The notes beneath the pieces are model-generated. The model made no database searches and was not told the origin of the DNA. It saw only the letters and a program-made list of their open reading frames with translations. A stretch of DNA of 63,085 nt, filler included, from Diploschistes diacapsis (taxonomy: Eukaryota): assembly GCA_023645945.1 (NCBI GenBank). It is 5 parts of 5 records of this genome, joined end to end, with 100 filler letters (N's around TTAATTAATTAA, not from the genome) between each part and the next. Parts side by side here need not be neighbours in the genome. Positions count along the whole stretch, not along the records: positions 50,573 to 63,085 come from JALAIB010000732.1; 4 more parts are not named here. The stretch is one strand, 5' to 3'. The first letter of the stretch is position 1; each line of letters begins with the position of its first letter. Shown here in pieces: positions 51,031 through 61,700 of this stretch. A program made the position numbers and the translations under genes.

Positions 51031-53607
51031 ATGGAAGTCAAAGAAGATCACTTCGTTCGAGTGATCACAGCTTTAGATTCAGAGCATGCTGTTGATGTTG
51101 GCAGACACCTTGTCAATCAGTTTAAGCCTGATGATCCTGGGAGGATCGCCAGAGCGAACACAATTGCAACCTATTTCGGAGAAGCATACAGACGAACCGG
51201 AAAGATCTGTTTCCTTGATGAAGCTACTGCCTTATCAAGAGAAGCGCTCGCAGCCTCGTCTATCAGCCATCCTTCCAGGGCCACGCTTCTAAGTAACCTG
51301 GCTGGTCATCTCGGAAGACGCTATGAGAAATACAAGAGGATGGCAGATTTAGAAGAAGGTCTCAAGCTCCTTCTTACCGCCGCCCAACATGACGAAAACG
51401 CACCTCATCGCGATGCTGTTCTCAATAATCTCGCCAATAAATACGTGAAGCTTTATGACAGGACGAAGGCTACCAAACATCTACACGAGGCTATCAGCAT
51501 TGCGCGAGAGTTATGTAATTTAGCTTCGAATGATGAATCTCGAGAAGCCCTGTATCTGAATTCTCTCGCCAACTGGCTCCGCATCCTCTTTAGCGAATCA
51601 GCAGATGAGGAAGATCTTGTAGCATCTATTCGGACTCACGAAAAAGCTCTGTCTAAGACGTCTGAAACGAACCCTTACTTCCCCGACCTTCTACACAATC
51701 TTGCTTTGAGCTTTTCTGACCTATATTCTTTGACTAATAACATAGAATGTATCGATCGAGCCGCTCAACATTCCAAGGAGGCATTGAAGCATTGCTCATC
51801 AGGCAATCCTCATCAAGCCGACTACCGTATTGCATTGGGTAATTCATTTCGGCTCCAATATTTCTTCAAAGGAAAACAGAGCGATCTTGATGCTGCTATG
51901 GCTCAGTTCAAGTCCGCGCTTGGTCTTGTGAACACGCCCATAAAATCCCGTATCTTAGCAGGAAGGTATCTCGCGCTTTGCGAACTCGGTGCTAGCAACT
52001 GGTCGGCTGCTTACACAGTATCAGCTGCGACCCTGGACCTCGTTCCTCTGCTTACCGCGGAGTCGTTTGAGATCTCAGACAAGCAGCACATACTTAGCGA
52101 GATTACAGGGTTAGCTTCTGATGCCGCTGCGACAGCCTTGATCTCCAAACAAAATCCATTCTATGCTGTCAGAATGCTAGAAATGGGTCGCAGTGTGCTT
52201 TTGAAATCTCAACAAGACTTGAGATCGGACCTCTCTAAACTGGAGAAAAAGCATTCTGATCTTGCCGAAGAGTACGAGAATCTGCGAGACGAACTCAGAG
52301 TACCAGTCAAGGATAATGCTGGTAACTCAACAACAGACGAGCACGATCAGGAAATCAGATTTCAGAGACAAGATACGTACCAGAAATTCCAGCGGTTATT
52401 GCCCATCATACGGGCCCAGCCTGGATTTGAGGACTTTCTGCAACCGCTTTCGGAAGAGCAAGCGCGACAGGCCGCTGTCAACGGTCCTATAGTAGTACTC
52501 AATGCCAGTGTCTATCGTTATGATGCTATAATCATTGAAACTCATCGGATCCGAGCCGTTGACCTTCCTGGGCTAGACCAATCAAAGACACAAGAGATGA
52601 TCCAAAAGCTTGCAACTCATTTAGGGGAGGTTCTCGAATGGCTCTGGAATATAGTCGCTAAGCCTGTATTGAGTGCTCTGGATCTGGCTCAAAATGTCTC
52701 TGATCTCTCAAAAGCGCCTCACATATGGTGGATTCCGACGGGAGCTATAAGCAGGTTTCCCATTCATGCCGCGGGCTGTCACGCCGCTTCATCAGGCCAG
52801 ACAGTAATGGACAGAGCAATCTCTTCCTACAGCGTCTCCCTTACAGCTCTGCTAAATAGTCGCTCTGCGAAACCTCCAGCACATGCACCACAGTCAGCTC
52901 TTCTTGTTTCAATGCGAAGCACTCCTATGCAGTCCGAGCTCCCAAATGCTAAGGCGGAGATCGAACAGATCGAAAAGTTTTGTAATTCGGCTTCTATCAC
53001 ATGTCTTCAGCCTACACCAGAAAAACAAGCTATTCTTGCTAACCTTCCCGCTTGTCAAATTTTTCATTTCGCCGGCCACGGTTTAGCATCCAAGAAAGAT
53101 CCGCTGCAAAGTTCTCTTTTGCTTCAGGACTGGCAGTCCGACAGGCTTACCGTGTTAGATATCATCCAAACTGATTTATATGCCTCTCGCCCCTTTCTTG
53201 CCTTCTTATCAGCATGCGGGACAGGAGAGGTTCGAGACCATAGCCTACTCGATGAAAATATTCATTTAATCAGTGCTTTTCAATCAGCTGGCTTTCGTCA
53301 TGCTATTGGAACACTTTGGAGGGTAGATGACGAAGCCGGTATGGAGATCGCTGATACGGTCTACAAAGAAATGATAGATGAAAAGTGGAGTGAGTCATCG
53401 GTGTGTATAGGGCTGCATCGCGCAATCAAGGGAATGAGGGACCGATGGGTGAATGACCGAAAAGAAAGCAAAACTGCACTGCGCAAGATCTCCAGAAGGA
53501 TGGATTTGTCTGACGATGATGATGATGATGATGATGATGATGAAGAAACAGGCGCTCTCGACTATAAAGCATTATTTTGGGTACCGTACGTTCATTTTGG
53601 GGTTTGA
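51031..53607 (+). CDS. TPR-repeat + CHAT domain caspase-family protease (858 aa; short upstream exon possible)
   Basis: Helical repeats (LSNLAGHLGRRY, LNNLANKY, LNSLANWL, LHNLALSF), LEMGR, IRAQPGFEDFL, LEWLWNIVAKPVL, IWWIPTG, PIHAAG, catalytic FHFAGHG (53062-53082) and FLSAC (Cys 53215-53217), AGFRHAIGTLW, WVPYVHFGV. Confidence 0.95.
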   Translation: MEVKEDHFVRVITALDSEHAVDVGRHLVNQFKPDDPGRIARANTIATYFGEAYRRTGKICFLDEATALSREALAASSISHPSRATLLSNLAGHLGRRYEKYKRMADLEEGLKLLLTAAQHDENAPHRDAVLNNLANKYVKLYDRTKATKHLHEAISIARELCNLASNDESREALYLNSLANWLRILFSESADEEDLVASIRTHEKALSKTSETNPYFPDLLHNLALSFSDLYSLTNNIECIDRAAQHSKEALKHCSSGNPHQADYRIALGNSFRLQYFFKGKQSDLDAAMAQFKSALGLVNTPIKSRILAGRYLALCELGASNWSAAYTVSAATLDLVPLLTAESFEISDKQHILSEITGLASDAAATALISKQNPFYAVRMLEMGRSVLLKSQQDLRSDLSKLEKKHSDLAEEYENLRDELRVPVKDNAGNSTTDEHDQEIRFQRQDTYQKFQRLLPIIRAQPGFEDFLQPLSEEQARQAAVNGPIVVLNASVYRYDAIIIETHRIRAVDLPGLDQSKTQEMIQKLATHLGEVLEWLWNIVAKPVLSALDLAQNVSDLSKAPHIWWIPTGAISRFPIHAAGCHAASSGQTVMDRAISSYSVSLTALLNSRSAKPPAHAPQSALLVSMRSTPMQSELPNAKAEIEQIEKFCNSASITCLQPTPEKQAILANLPACQIFHFAGHGLASKKDPLQSSLLLQDWQSDRLTVLDIIQTDLYASRPFLAFLSACGTGEVRDHSLLDENIHLISAFQSAGFRHAIGTLWRVDDEAGMEIADTVYKEMIDEKWSESSVCIGLHRAIKGMRDRWVNDRKESKTALRKISRRMDLSDDDDDDDDDDEETGALDYKALFWVPYVHFGV

Positions 53608-53774
53608 CTATCACTTTTAGGGTTCTACTACATTCACAGACTTGTAGGGTAATACTATCTGGTCAAATACTGGATCGGTCTGGTTTCCTATTCCAGAGAT
53701 AAGCTGGGTAGTTTTTGCACTACACTGGTACTTTGGGGTATTGTGGATATAATTTTAGAGTGGATCATGACCCA

Positions 53775-55949
53775 TTATGTTTTGCCATTCTTCTTAGGTA
53801 CAATACGAACTGTGAAACTTTGGTAAGCCCATCTAACAGGTTTTTGATCGCCCCTCAGCTGCGTGTCGCCGAAGCTCTCTGAGCCTAAAGGCGCAAAATC
53901 TGAGTCATTTGGATCTCTACTAGCATCTACCAGATCCCAAAGTTCGGGCAGCTCCATTGTGGATGTACCGCGGATTGGACGGTTACTAATGACAAACTTT
54001 AGCACGTCTTCAATCTGCACGCCTTCGTCTACCTTCATCCTCTCGGGCAAATTTGCCGAAGGCCGAAAAGAAACAGTTCCAGACGGCTTCAATTCTCTAG
54101 CTTTTACGCTTGGAAGCACATCCGCTAGATCTCTTGGTAGGACTGCTTGACACTCCTTGTGGGCTGGGTAGAGCTTCTTGATCTTATAAAGCGGCGTCAG
54201 ATTCAGGACGGTGAAATAGAGGATGTCGTGTGTATGATTTCTGAACTCGACTGAGATCTTCGATCCATCTGTAACTTCAATGCAGCCATCTTGAAGTACG
54301 ATAGTAGGATCGTTTTTGACTTGTGCGTGAATGGCAAATTCACTCTCACGCAGTGAGTTAGCTTTCTTGTTATCCAGAGTTTGAATGAACGCAAACTTTG
54401 CCAAATGCTCGAGCATTGTTAGAAGGATTTTTTTTGTATCGCCGTTTAATAATTTAAGGCTTGGAAGGTTGGGAACCTCCTTCTGTGAGTCATGAATCTT
54501 ATATTGTTGGTTTTTGTTGGCCCTTACCAGGAAGTGCGGATGATCGATTGGTGCTACATCTTTTAGTGAAAGCGGTCGAAGCCAAATGCTCTGATTGAGC
54601 ATCCGATCCAATTCTTCGTCTCCTTCAAAAAGGTACTTCACATAAGCCCGAGGCTGAGCTAATGCTTCAAGTGTAGCGAAAGAGCCCACTTGGATCGGTT
54701 GTCGTGCCTGTTCTAAATGTCCTGTCAAGACTGATTCTGCCACAGACTGTACAGCTTGAACATCTGTGACCACAACTCGACTTCTTCCCTCTTCCGCTCC
54801 CCCTGGCAAATGAACATCATATTCATCCCCAGTGTTGACTCCCTGAACGAGTCCTGCATTCAGCCATATCTGTCCACTCTCACCCACCTTTACCACCTCG
54901 CAATCAGCCTCAACGCCTTTGCCCTGAACCACATCGTCACCTATGAAGATCGTCTCTTTCACACCGATTAGAACAGGACTCTGCCCAACAACCGTAGTAT
55001 ACATCTTGGAGGCAACCCTCCTGTAGATCACATCACATGAAACGTTTTCAATCCCTTTCCTCAGACAAAAATCCAGCGCCTCAAGCACATGATACGACAG
55101 CGCCCCATTCCACTGTTCCCCACCGAGATCCAGCTCTCTTGCAACCTCGTGCGGTCCACAAGCCGTCAGCAGTCCATAGCCCCGTGGGTTTAAAAGCCAA
55201 TGGCTCCGGACATGCGCATCTCGAAATACCCTGTCTTTGACCTTCTTCTTTCGTTCCCTATCCTCCTTTGCCGCATTCTCCATCTCCCTTTGCAGCTCAT
55301 ACAGCAAGGGGAATTCTTTGCCCGCGACTTCGTCCCATGGTATACCACGCACAGTTCCTGGCGCGGCGTCCGTGCGTGACACGCTGCCGGAGTGGCATGA
55401 GTCTAGCACGACGATCACGCGCAGCTGTTTTTGCACGAGAGAGTCTAGGAGCAGCGCTAGCTCGATGCCGTGTAGATACCGGACGCTTAGTTGTTGCTGC
55501 TGCTGCTGCTGCGGATCTGCTGTGGCAAAAGAAGAAGAAGAAGAAGAAGGTGGTGGTGGTGGTTCGAGCAGCACCAGCGCAGCATCGGTGTCATAGTGCT
55601 CCGCATAGGGCAGACTAGAGTGCTGAGTCGGCCGGATAGCACCATGGCCCGAGTAGTGCACGTAGACTATATCGTCGGGGCTTGCAGCTTTCTCAATGTG
55701 ACGGAATGCGGCGGTGATGTTGGCGAAGGTGGGCCACTGGGCGCGTGGCGTTGTTAAGGTTGTTGGTGGTTGTGTTTGGTGGGAGGGATTGGAGGGATTC
55801 TGGGCGGAAAATTTGAGGGTTGTGATGGAGTGGAAGTGGGATTGGAGGTAGAGCTCGATATCGTCGATGTCGTTTATGGCACCTCGGAGACAGTGGGACG
55901 GGTTAGGATAGAAGTTGATGCCTATGAGGAGAAGCCAGGTGTGTGGCAT
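53775..55949 (-). CDS. Caspase-like peptidase C14 with long C-terminal extension (724 aa, single ORF)
   Basis: LLLIGINFY, LRGAINDI, PTFANI, HYSGHG (55641-55658), LDSCHSG (55386-55403), LTACGPHEVARE, GALSY, QSP. C-terminal LNAGLVQGV and FRNHTHDILYFTVLNLTPLYKIKKLYP segments. Confidence 0.93.
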   Translation of the reverse strand: MPHTWLLLIGINFYPNPSHCLRGAINDIDDIELYLQSHFHSITTLKFSAQNPSNPSHQTQPPTTLTTPRAQWPTFANITAAFRHIEKAASPDDIVYVHYSGHGAIRPTQHSSLPYAEHYDTDAALVLLEPPPPPSSSSSSFATADPQQQQQQQLSVRYLHGIELALLLDSLVQKQLRVIVVLDSCHSGSVSRTDAAPGTVRGIPWDEVAGKEFPLLYELQREMENAAKEDRERKKKVKDRVFRDAHVRSHWLLNPRGYGLLTACGPHEVARELDLGGEQWNGALSYHVLEALDFCLRKGIENVSCDVIYRRVASKMYTTVVGQSPVLIGVKETIFIGDDVVQGKGVEADCEVVKVGESGQIWLNAGLVQGVNTGDEYDVHLPGGAEEGRSRVVVTDVQAVQSVAESVLTGHLEQARQPIQVGSFATLEALAQPRAYVKYLFEGDEELDRMLNQSIWLRPLSLKDVAPIDHPHFLVRANKNQQYKIHDSQKEVPNLPSLKLLNGDTKKILLTMLEHLAKFAFIQTLDNKKANSLRESEFAIHAQVKNDPTIVLQDGCIEVTDGSKISVEFRNHTHDILYFTVLNLTPLYKIKKLYPAHKECQAVLPRDLADVLPSVKARELKPSGTVSFRPSANLPERMKVDEGVQIEDVLKFVISNRPIRGTSTMELPELWDLVDASRDPNDSDFAPLGSESFGDTQLRGDQKPVRWAYQSFTVRIVPKKNGKT

Positions 55950-56309
55950 TTCGAAGAAAGGGGGGCTTGTGATGCCTAGAGTGTTATTGGTGTTGGCAAC
56001 AAGCGATCAAATACCCGACGAGATATAGAAGTTGGGATTAAGGAATTTGTTAACAGCTGTGCGATGGAGCAGATGAAACAGCAACCGAGTAGCCTTTTTT
56101 CGGCTATGTAGCACTATTATGTATTGATTCTTGTCTACGCTATGGCTATAGAAGGAAAATGTGAGCGTGGTTCTAGATTATGGACATGGCATTCGTTGCT
56201 TTCAGAGTCATTAGAGCGTAACTTCGTAATCGTCCCAAGCCTACAAATATAGCCTACTAGGTAGTCTCAGCCTCCTTCTCAATCCACTATTTCTCCGTCC
56301 GATATCATT

Positions 56310-56679
56310 TCATCCATCAGCAGTCCTCTCAAGCCTCGTTTCTTCAAACTCAGCACCTTCGTCTACCATTGTCCCGTCAGCGGCACACAGCGTATATCTG
56401 ACCGGCACAACAGTTGCATTGACGCCTGCAATAATGAACGGGCCTCTGCGGGCGCCGATGCCAGCCTTGATGTAGATTTTGTCATCACTCCTATGGAATT
56501 GTGGTTCTTGTGAGCCTTGCGTGTAGTAGGGACGCTCGCCAGAGACTTTGAAGGATTCGGTATCGAAGTTGTGACTAATTGAAGGCAAGCAGAAGAATTA
56601 GTAACAAAAAGTGGATGAGGGATTTGGCAAAAGAAAGACGCTGTGACACAGAAGAGTAGAAGGACGCGCACCGTGACAT
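56310..56679 (-). CDS. Small (~90 aa) protein, predicted beta-barrel/SH3-like; 2 exons
   Basis: 8-nt exon ATGTCACG (56679-56672) + intron GTGCGC..CTAAT..TAG (56671-56575) + exon 2 gives MSRHNFDTESFKVSGERPYYTQG...FHRSDDKIYIKAGIGARRGPFIIAGV...YTLCAADG..EFEETRLE. Confidence 0.75.
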
Positions 56680-57609
56680 AGCTATGAGAAAGGTCCTGTA
56701 AATTGGGTATCGGGCACCACGACCCTGGCAACCACGGGTTGAGGGGAGTCTGCTTTAGTATAGCGTGATGGTAGACGGACGTAGCATCCAGACAGGAGCT
56801 CACCCGAAATGATGTGAGAGCAAAGAATGAAAATTTTTGAAAGAAGCTTATGCGTTCTTTGTGAGGCAGCAGAGACAAGGCTGCGTAAGGCAAGTGTTCC
56901 ATGACGGTGTTGCGGACTTGTCAGTTCGAGTCAGTCTGACGATGCAGCGGTCAGACGCGCTAAGTGCCCAGAAACTGTATGTAGATCGAGGGAGCGACTG
57001 CAACGAGCCCATATACGAGATAGATGACCTTGATCAATCCAGGAGTCTTTTCCTGTCAATTGTCAAGAATTGGTCAAGGGACTACAATAGTGAGATAAGC
57101 CTGAGAAGAGGAAAAACAACGGTTTTTGGAGATATCGTTCTGTATTTACGTCACATCCGCTTTGATTTGTTCTAATATTATTTCTTATTCACCGTCTACT
57201 CGAGCACACATGCAGATCACGTTAGTGCTCCCATTCAGATTCTGTCATGTGTGAAAGATCTGGAAATGGTTCAGGCTACTTTTGCACTATCGTACACGAT
57301 TTTCCACTTGCATGCCCTGATAACTAGCCTTCCACTAGGAAGAGGAACAGCTACCGTAATCCGCAACAGGATGCTGCTATGACCTTGCGCGAACTGGCAC
57401 ACATAGAGTTTCGTAAAGATGTTGGACGCCAGTGGCAGGGGATGAACACACACTTATTTGTGTAGGCACAATATATATAGCTAGAGAGGCGTCTTCTACA
57501 AAATTTTACTGCAAATGCCTAGAGGAAACAAACGCTGTAGCTCCTACCAACCTATTATTGGGATCAAAGTCACGCAAAAACGCCTACAGGTCGAGAGAAA
57601 TTCAGCCAG

Positions 57610-58717
57610 ATGATGACTAACAGAGCACAAGAAACAAGTACCCAGGATTCCAAACCCCCCTGCAAATAGCAAAGGATGTTAACCCATGATGAGCAGTTGA
57701 GCGCTCACCTCCGGGATATCCCCAGTTTTCCGCGCTCATAGGAGTCCATCCGGCATTCAGCGTGTCAGCTCGATTCCCCGTCGCTCGTGCGCGGCTTCTA
57801 CTGCGGAAGCAGCAACGCGCGTTAGTGCTGGAAAAGAGGCTCGAGGAGTTAGATCTTCAAGAGCAGAAGCCTCTCTACCTAGGAAGCTTCGAGTCCGACA
57901 GGAATGAGGCTAGGATTCAGGTTCTGGGGGAGCTTGATGAAGCCTTGAAAGATTATGGTTAGTAAAATGGCAGCGCCTAGCAGTGAAGATGGGCAATCTT
58001 CATTGAGTCAAGGACGACGGACTGTTCGGTAGATATAGAGGCGCTGACAGTAATTTTGACACATAGATGACCTACTGCAGCGGAGCGTGGCGGTCTTACA
58101 CCTGCCCCGAGCGCCGCAGAGGAGCATCGATAGTCTTGTGAACTGGATCAAAGGGACAGGAAGCATCTCCCGCAAGGAAGCTAACTTTCTGGAAAGATTA
58201 GATCTCTGTATACTCGGCGGTTCCGAAGGACCGACCCCAGCATGGATAGAATCGTGCATCGAACGCATCATTATTTCCGTGCAGCAGCGCTTCAAAGTCC
58301 GTACACACATTTTTCGAATACATAAGAAAGCTGAACGCTTGTCTAGATTTCGGCAGCTGGCCCATCTCGACAGCAACGGGTTTTCATCTTTGAAGGGCCT
58401 GCCTTCCGCATCATTGCGCATTCCTGTATCACCGTCATTGTGGTTATGTTGTTGCTTATTCCCGTGGCTATCCTTCGTTCGACATCCAGCGCTATACAAC
58501 AAATGGTATGCATCACGCTGACCTCAGTGTTGTTCACCATCGTTCTTTCTGGATCAATGAATGCAAGACCGGGAGAGATCTTTGGTGCTAGCGCTACGCA
58601 AGTCTTCCCGAACAACCTTTCATCTTCAATGCTGATCCTGGTTGTAGTTATGTTGCCTTGTTGGTTATCTTCCTCACCTCACAGCCTTCGGGTCAGGCAA
58701 CACAAACAAAATATTGA
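57610..58717 (+). CDS. DUF6594-like membrane protein (5 exons; ~3 C-terminal TM helices)
   Basis: Spliced ERSPPGYPQFSALIG..RARLLLRKQ..LEKRLEELD..DRNEARIQVLGELDEALKDYDDLL..SLVNWI..EANFL..DL, then TM segments ending EIFGASATYVALLVIFL. Last intron is GC-AG (58598-58647). Confidence 0.85.
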
Positions 58718-58791
58718 TCTTCAGTGAATGGTTCTAGCCTCGCTTTCGTCAGAAACGCCGTTCAGCGCTGAGAAGAGTGAACCGATAGACT

Positions 58792-61700
58792 CTAAGCGCC
58801 ATAATGAATATAGGGCACCCAAAGAAAATTAGTTTCGTGTTCCATGCCTCCATCACTATCGTCATCGTCATCTGTTAACGTTAAATCTCTCCCCTTGCGG
58901 TTTACGCCATCGATGACCGTAGGCGTTGAGGCTGCCTTTTCCGTTTCCACGCCCTCCTTCAGAATAGATTCGTCTCTGAGCGTCCGCAATGCGCAGTGTA
59001 ATCCTAGCGCGACTGCGGTATCAGTCAAGCCTTTCTCGCAAAGCGTTTGATACAGAATACTCGCTACTTTGACACATTGTTGGTCAGCAACCTCCCACAG
59101 TGTCCCGATCACATGCCGGAATCCAGCCAGCTGGCAAGCCGCGACAAGGTTTAAGCCTTCGTCATACAGCTTTTCCTCCTCGCTAGCACTAGTAAAACAA
59201 GCAGAAAGGTAAGCAAGAAAAGGCGAATTCTTGTATAGTCGGAGGTCACGTAAATGTCCTACTGTTAAGGGGCTTCTTTCCCAGTCCTCAAGGAGTAAAC
59301 TGCTCTTAGATGGCTCAATCATGTCAGTGCGTCCATGACCAGCAAAATGAAATATTTCAGACGTCTTCATAAGGTCGAGAACCTTTTCTCGACTCTGTTG
59401 CTGTGGCCTTATTGGATGTAGCTTCAAAGATCCACAGAGAGTTTGAACCTCGTCAATCTCTTCCTTTGCATACTGTAGGGCGGGCGGATCACCGGGCGTT
59501 ATAGGCATAGCTACCAAAAGCGCATTTTCCAGGCGAGAATCTCTTTTGAGTCTAGTGCTATGCCCATGCTTGCGACCATGGATCAGTGATTTGACTGTTA
59601 AGCTGTACGAGGAGATCACTCGATCGAGTACAGTATTCCCAAGCCTTTCCATATGGCGCCCAGCTGCATGTAACGGTAAACGGCTGATCAAACCTGTTGG
59701 AATCCACCGAACATGAGGCCACTCATCGCCTGTGATTGGATGATCAAAACCCAGTGCATGAAGACATGGTTCTGCAATATCTTCCCAAAGCCATTCCAAT
59801 AAAGAAATCATACTCAAAAGATCCTTTGCCGAGTGCAGCTGCCGAACATGCATACTGACTTCTTCAGCGGTAAGACTAGAGAGTTTGAGTACCCTGATCT
59901 GGTGGGTTTCGATTAGGATTGCATCACAACGGAAGTCATCGACATTGATAATGATAATCGGACCTGGTTTGGCAGCGTCCTTAAGATCGATTTCGCTTGG
60001 TGGCAAAAGGAATCTGGATAAACCCGGCTGAGCACGTATCTCGTCAATGACTTCATTGAACCTCTGGTCGGCATCGCGGCGCTTTTTCCCTTTTAATTCA
60101 TCCGCTAGTACATTGGAGGAATCGTACTGATTAGCAGCAATAGTGTCCGCTGGCTGATCTAGCTCATCTCGAAGCGAGACAAATTCAGCAGCTAATAAGT
60201 CAGGACAAACACCCTCAAGCTGTAGGGCATCTTCTCGTAGGTCCATTAAGAAGCTTGCAATGACACCACGTCCCAGTTCTAGGAGGCTGAGAACTTCGTA
60301 AGGGTTTCTATCCTCTTTTGTCCGCAAACCATAGGCTGCAGCGCGGGAGGCTAAACCAGAATATGATTTCAGCATGTCTTGTTTGTAAATATGCCTCACC
60401 CATCGTGGGCTTGCAACTGGGAGAAGATTCACAGCCTCTTCAAGACATGCACTCGAGCCTTCCCAGTCTTCTTCTAAATCCAAGAGATATGTTACTGTCT
60501 CCGCAGCAAAGATTCTCTTGGAAGGCTGAGCATTGCTAAAATCCCACTGCTCTTTCAAAATTTGAAGATAAGGCTTGACTTCGAGCAAAGATTGGGTCTT
60601 CTGGCATCTGAGCGAAAGCGCTGATGCAAACTCGGTGAATGCTTGGAGTTTTCTTGAGTGATTTGCTTCTGTGTTTGTAAGCACGGCGTAGGCTATTGTT
60701 ATCGCACGGTCGCTGTTCTCTGCTAAGCCTGTCGCACGGTAACGATCGTTCAGGAAAGCTCCCTTCAATCCTTCTCTCCGCATTCGGTCTGGGTCTCCCT
60801 GGGGCGTAGATTGTATCGCTTCTTCCATAGTCTGAATTGCACGATCGATATCTTCGAGCGATCCTGTCTTAGAAAATCGAGTCGAAAGAGCTTTTCCTAA
60901 GGAAGCTAGCCACATAGGTCGGCCATAATATTCGAGAGGAAGAGATTGAATAATTTCTCTTAGAGTCTCTATGCTATGACTTCCGGCCTCGATGGACCGG
61001 TCGCGTGCCAACTTGTAAACAGATATCAGTGCATGACCTTTTTGCTGGGATAGCTGGTATGAAGAATGGATCGTTGTTGCTGCGACTCCTTGGGTAGCAA
61101 TTTCAATGGCATGCTCGAGATCTTCAATAGATCGAGTCTTTTGCCAGCGTGCAGCAAGAATACCTCCTAAGAGATGGAGCTGAGATGCCCGATCAAAATG
61201 ATCTGGAGGTGTAAGCTTTAATGCCTCACTGCAGAGCTCCGCACTCTGATTCCGATCTTCCAAGGAATCAAATTGTTCAGATCGAGTAAAGAGGTCCTTG
61301 CTAAGATTTTTTAAAAATGGACCGCGATCTGGGTGATTTAGCGGTATCAACTTCAGATTTTCGTTCGTCATTTCAATTGAACGCTGAAGATCTTCGATCG
61401 ATCCACTGCATTTATACCTGTCTGAAAGCGCGCCTCCAACGTTGCTCAACAAACCTAATCTGCGGACATCTTCTGGAGCAGCTCGATTAAGCGCTTCGAA
61501 TTGAAGATCAATGGAGCGATTGAGATCGTGTATAGAACTAGTCTGATGGTATCGATTCCAGAGGTTAAGCCCGAGTCTGGAGAGCCTGACTGGATTGCTG
61601 GGCTCGTTCGAAGACATTTGCAAGGCTTTAGTGCCAATAAGTATAGCGTAGTCGAGATCTTCTAAAAATCCCGTCTGCTCAGCTTGAACGCTAAGTAAGA

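Noticed and set aside
55491..55563. Poly-Pro/Ser/Gln insert between the catalytic His and Cys of the caspase as an inactivating lesion
   Set aside because: In-frame trinucleotide expansions in a probable loop; the frame and both catalytic motifs are intact.
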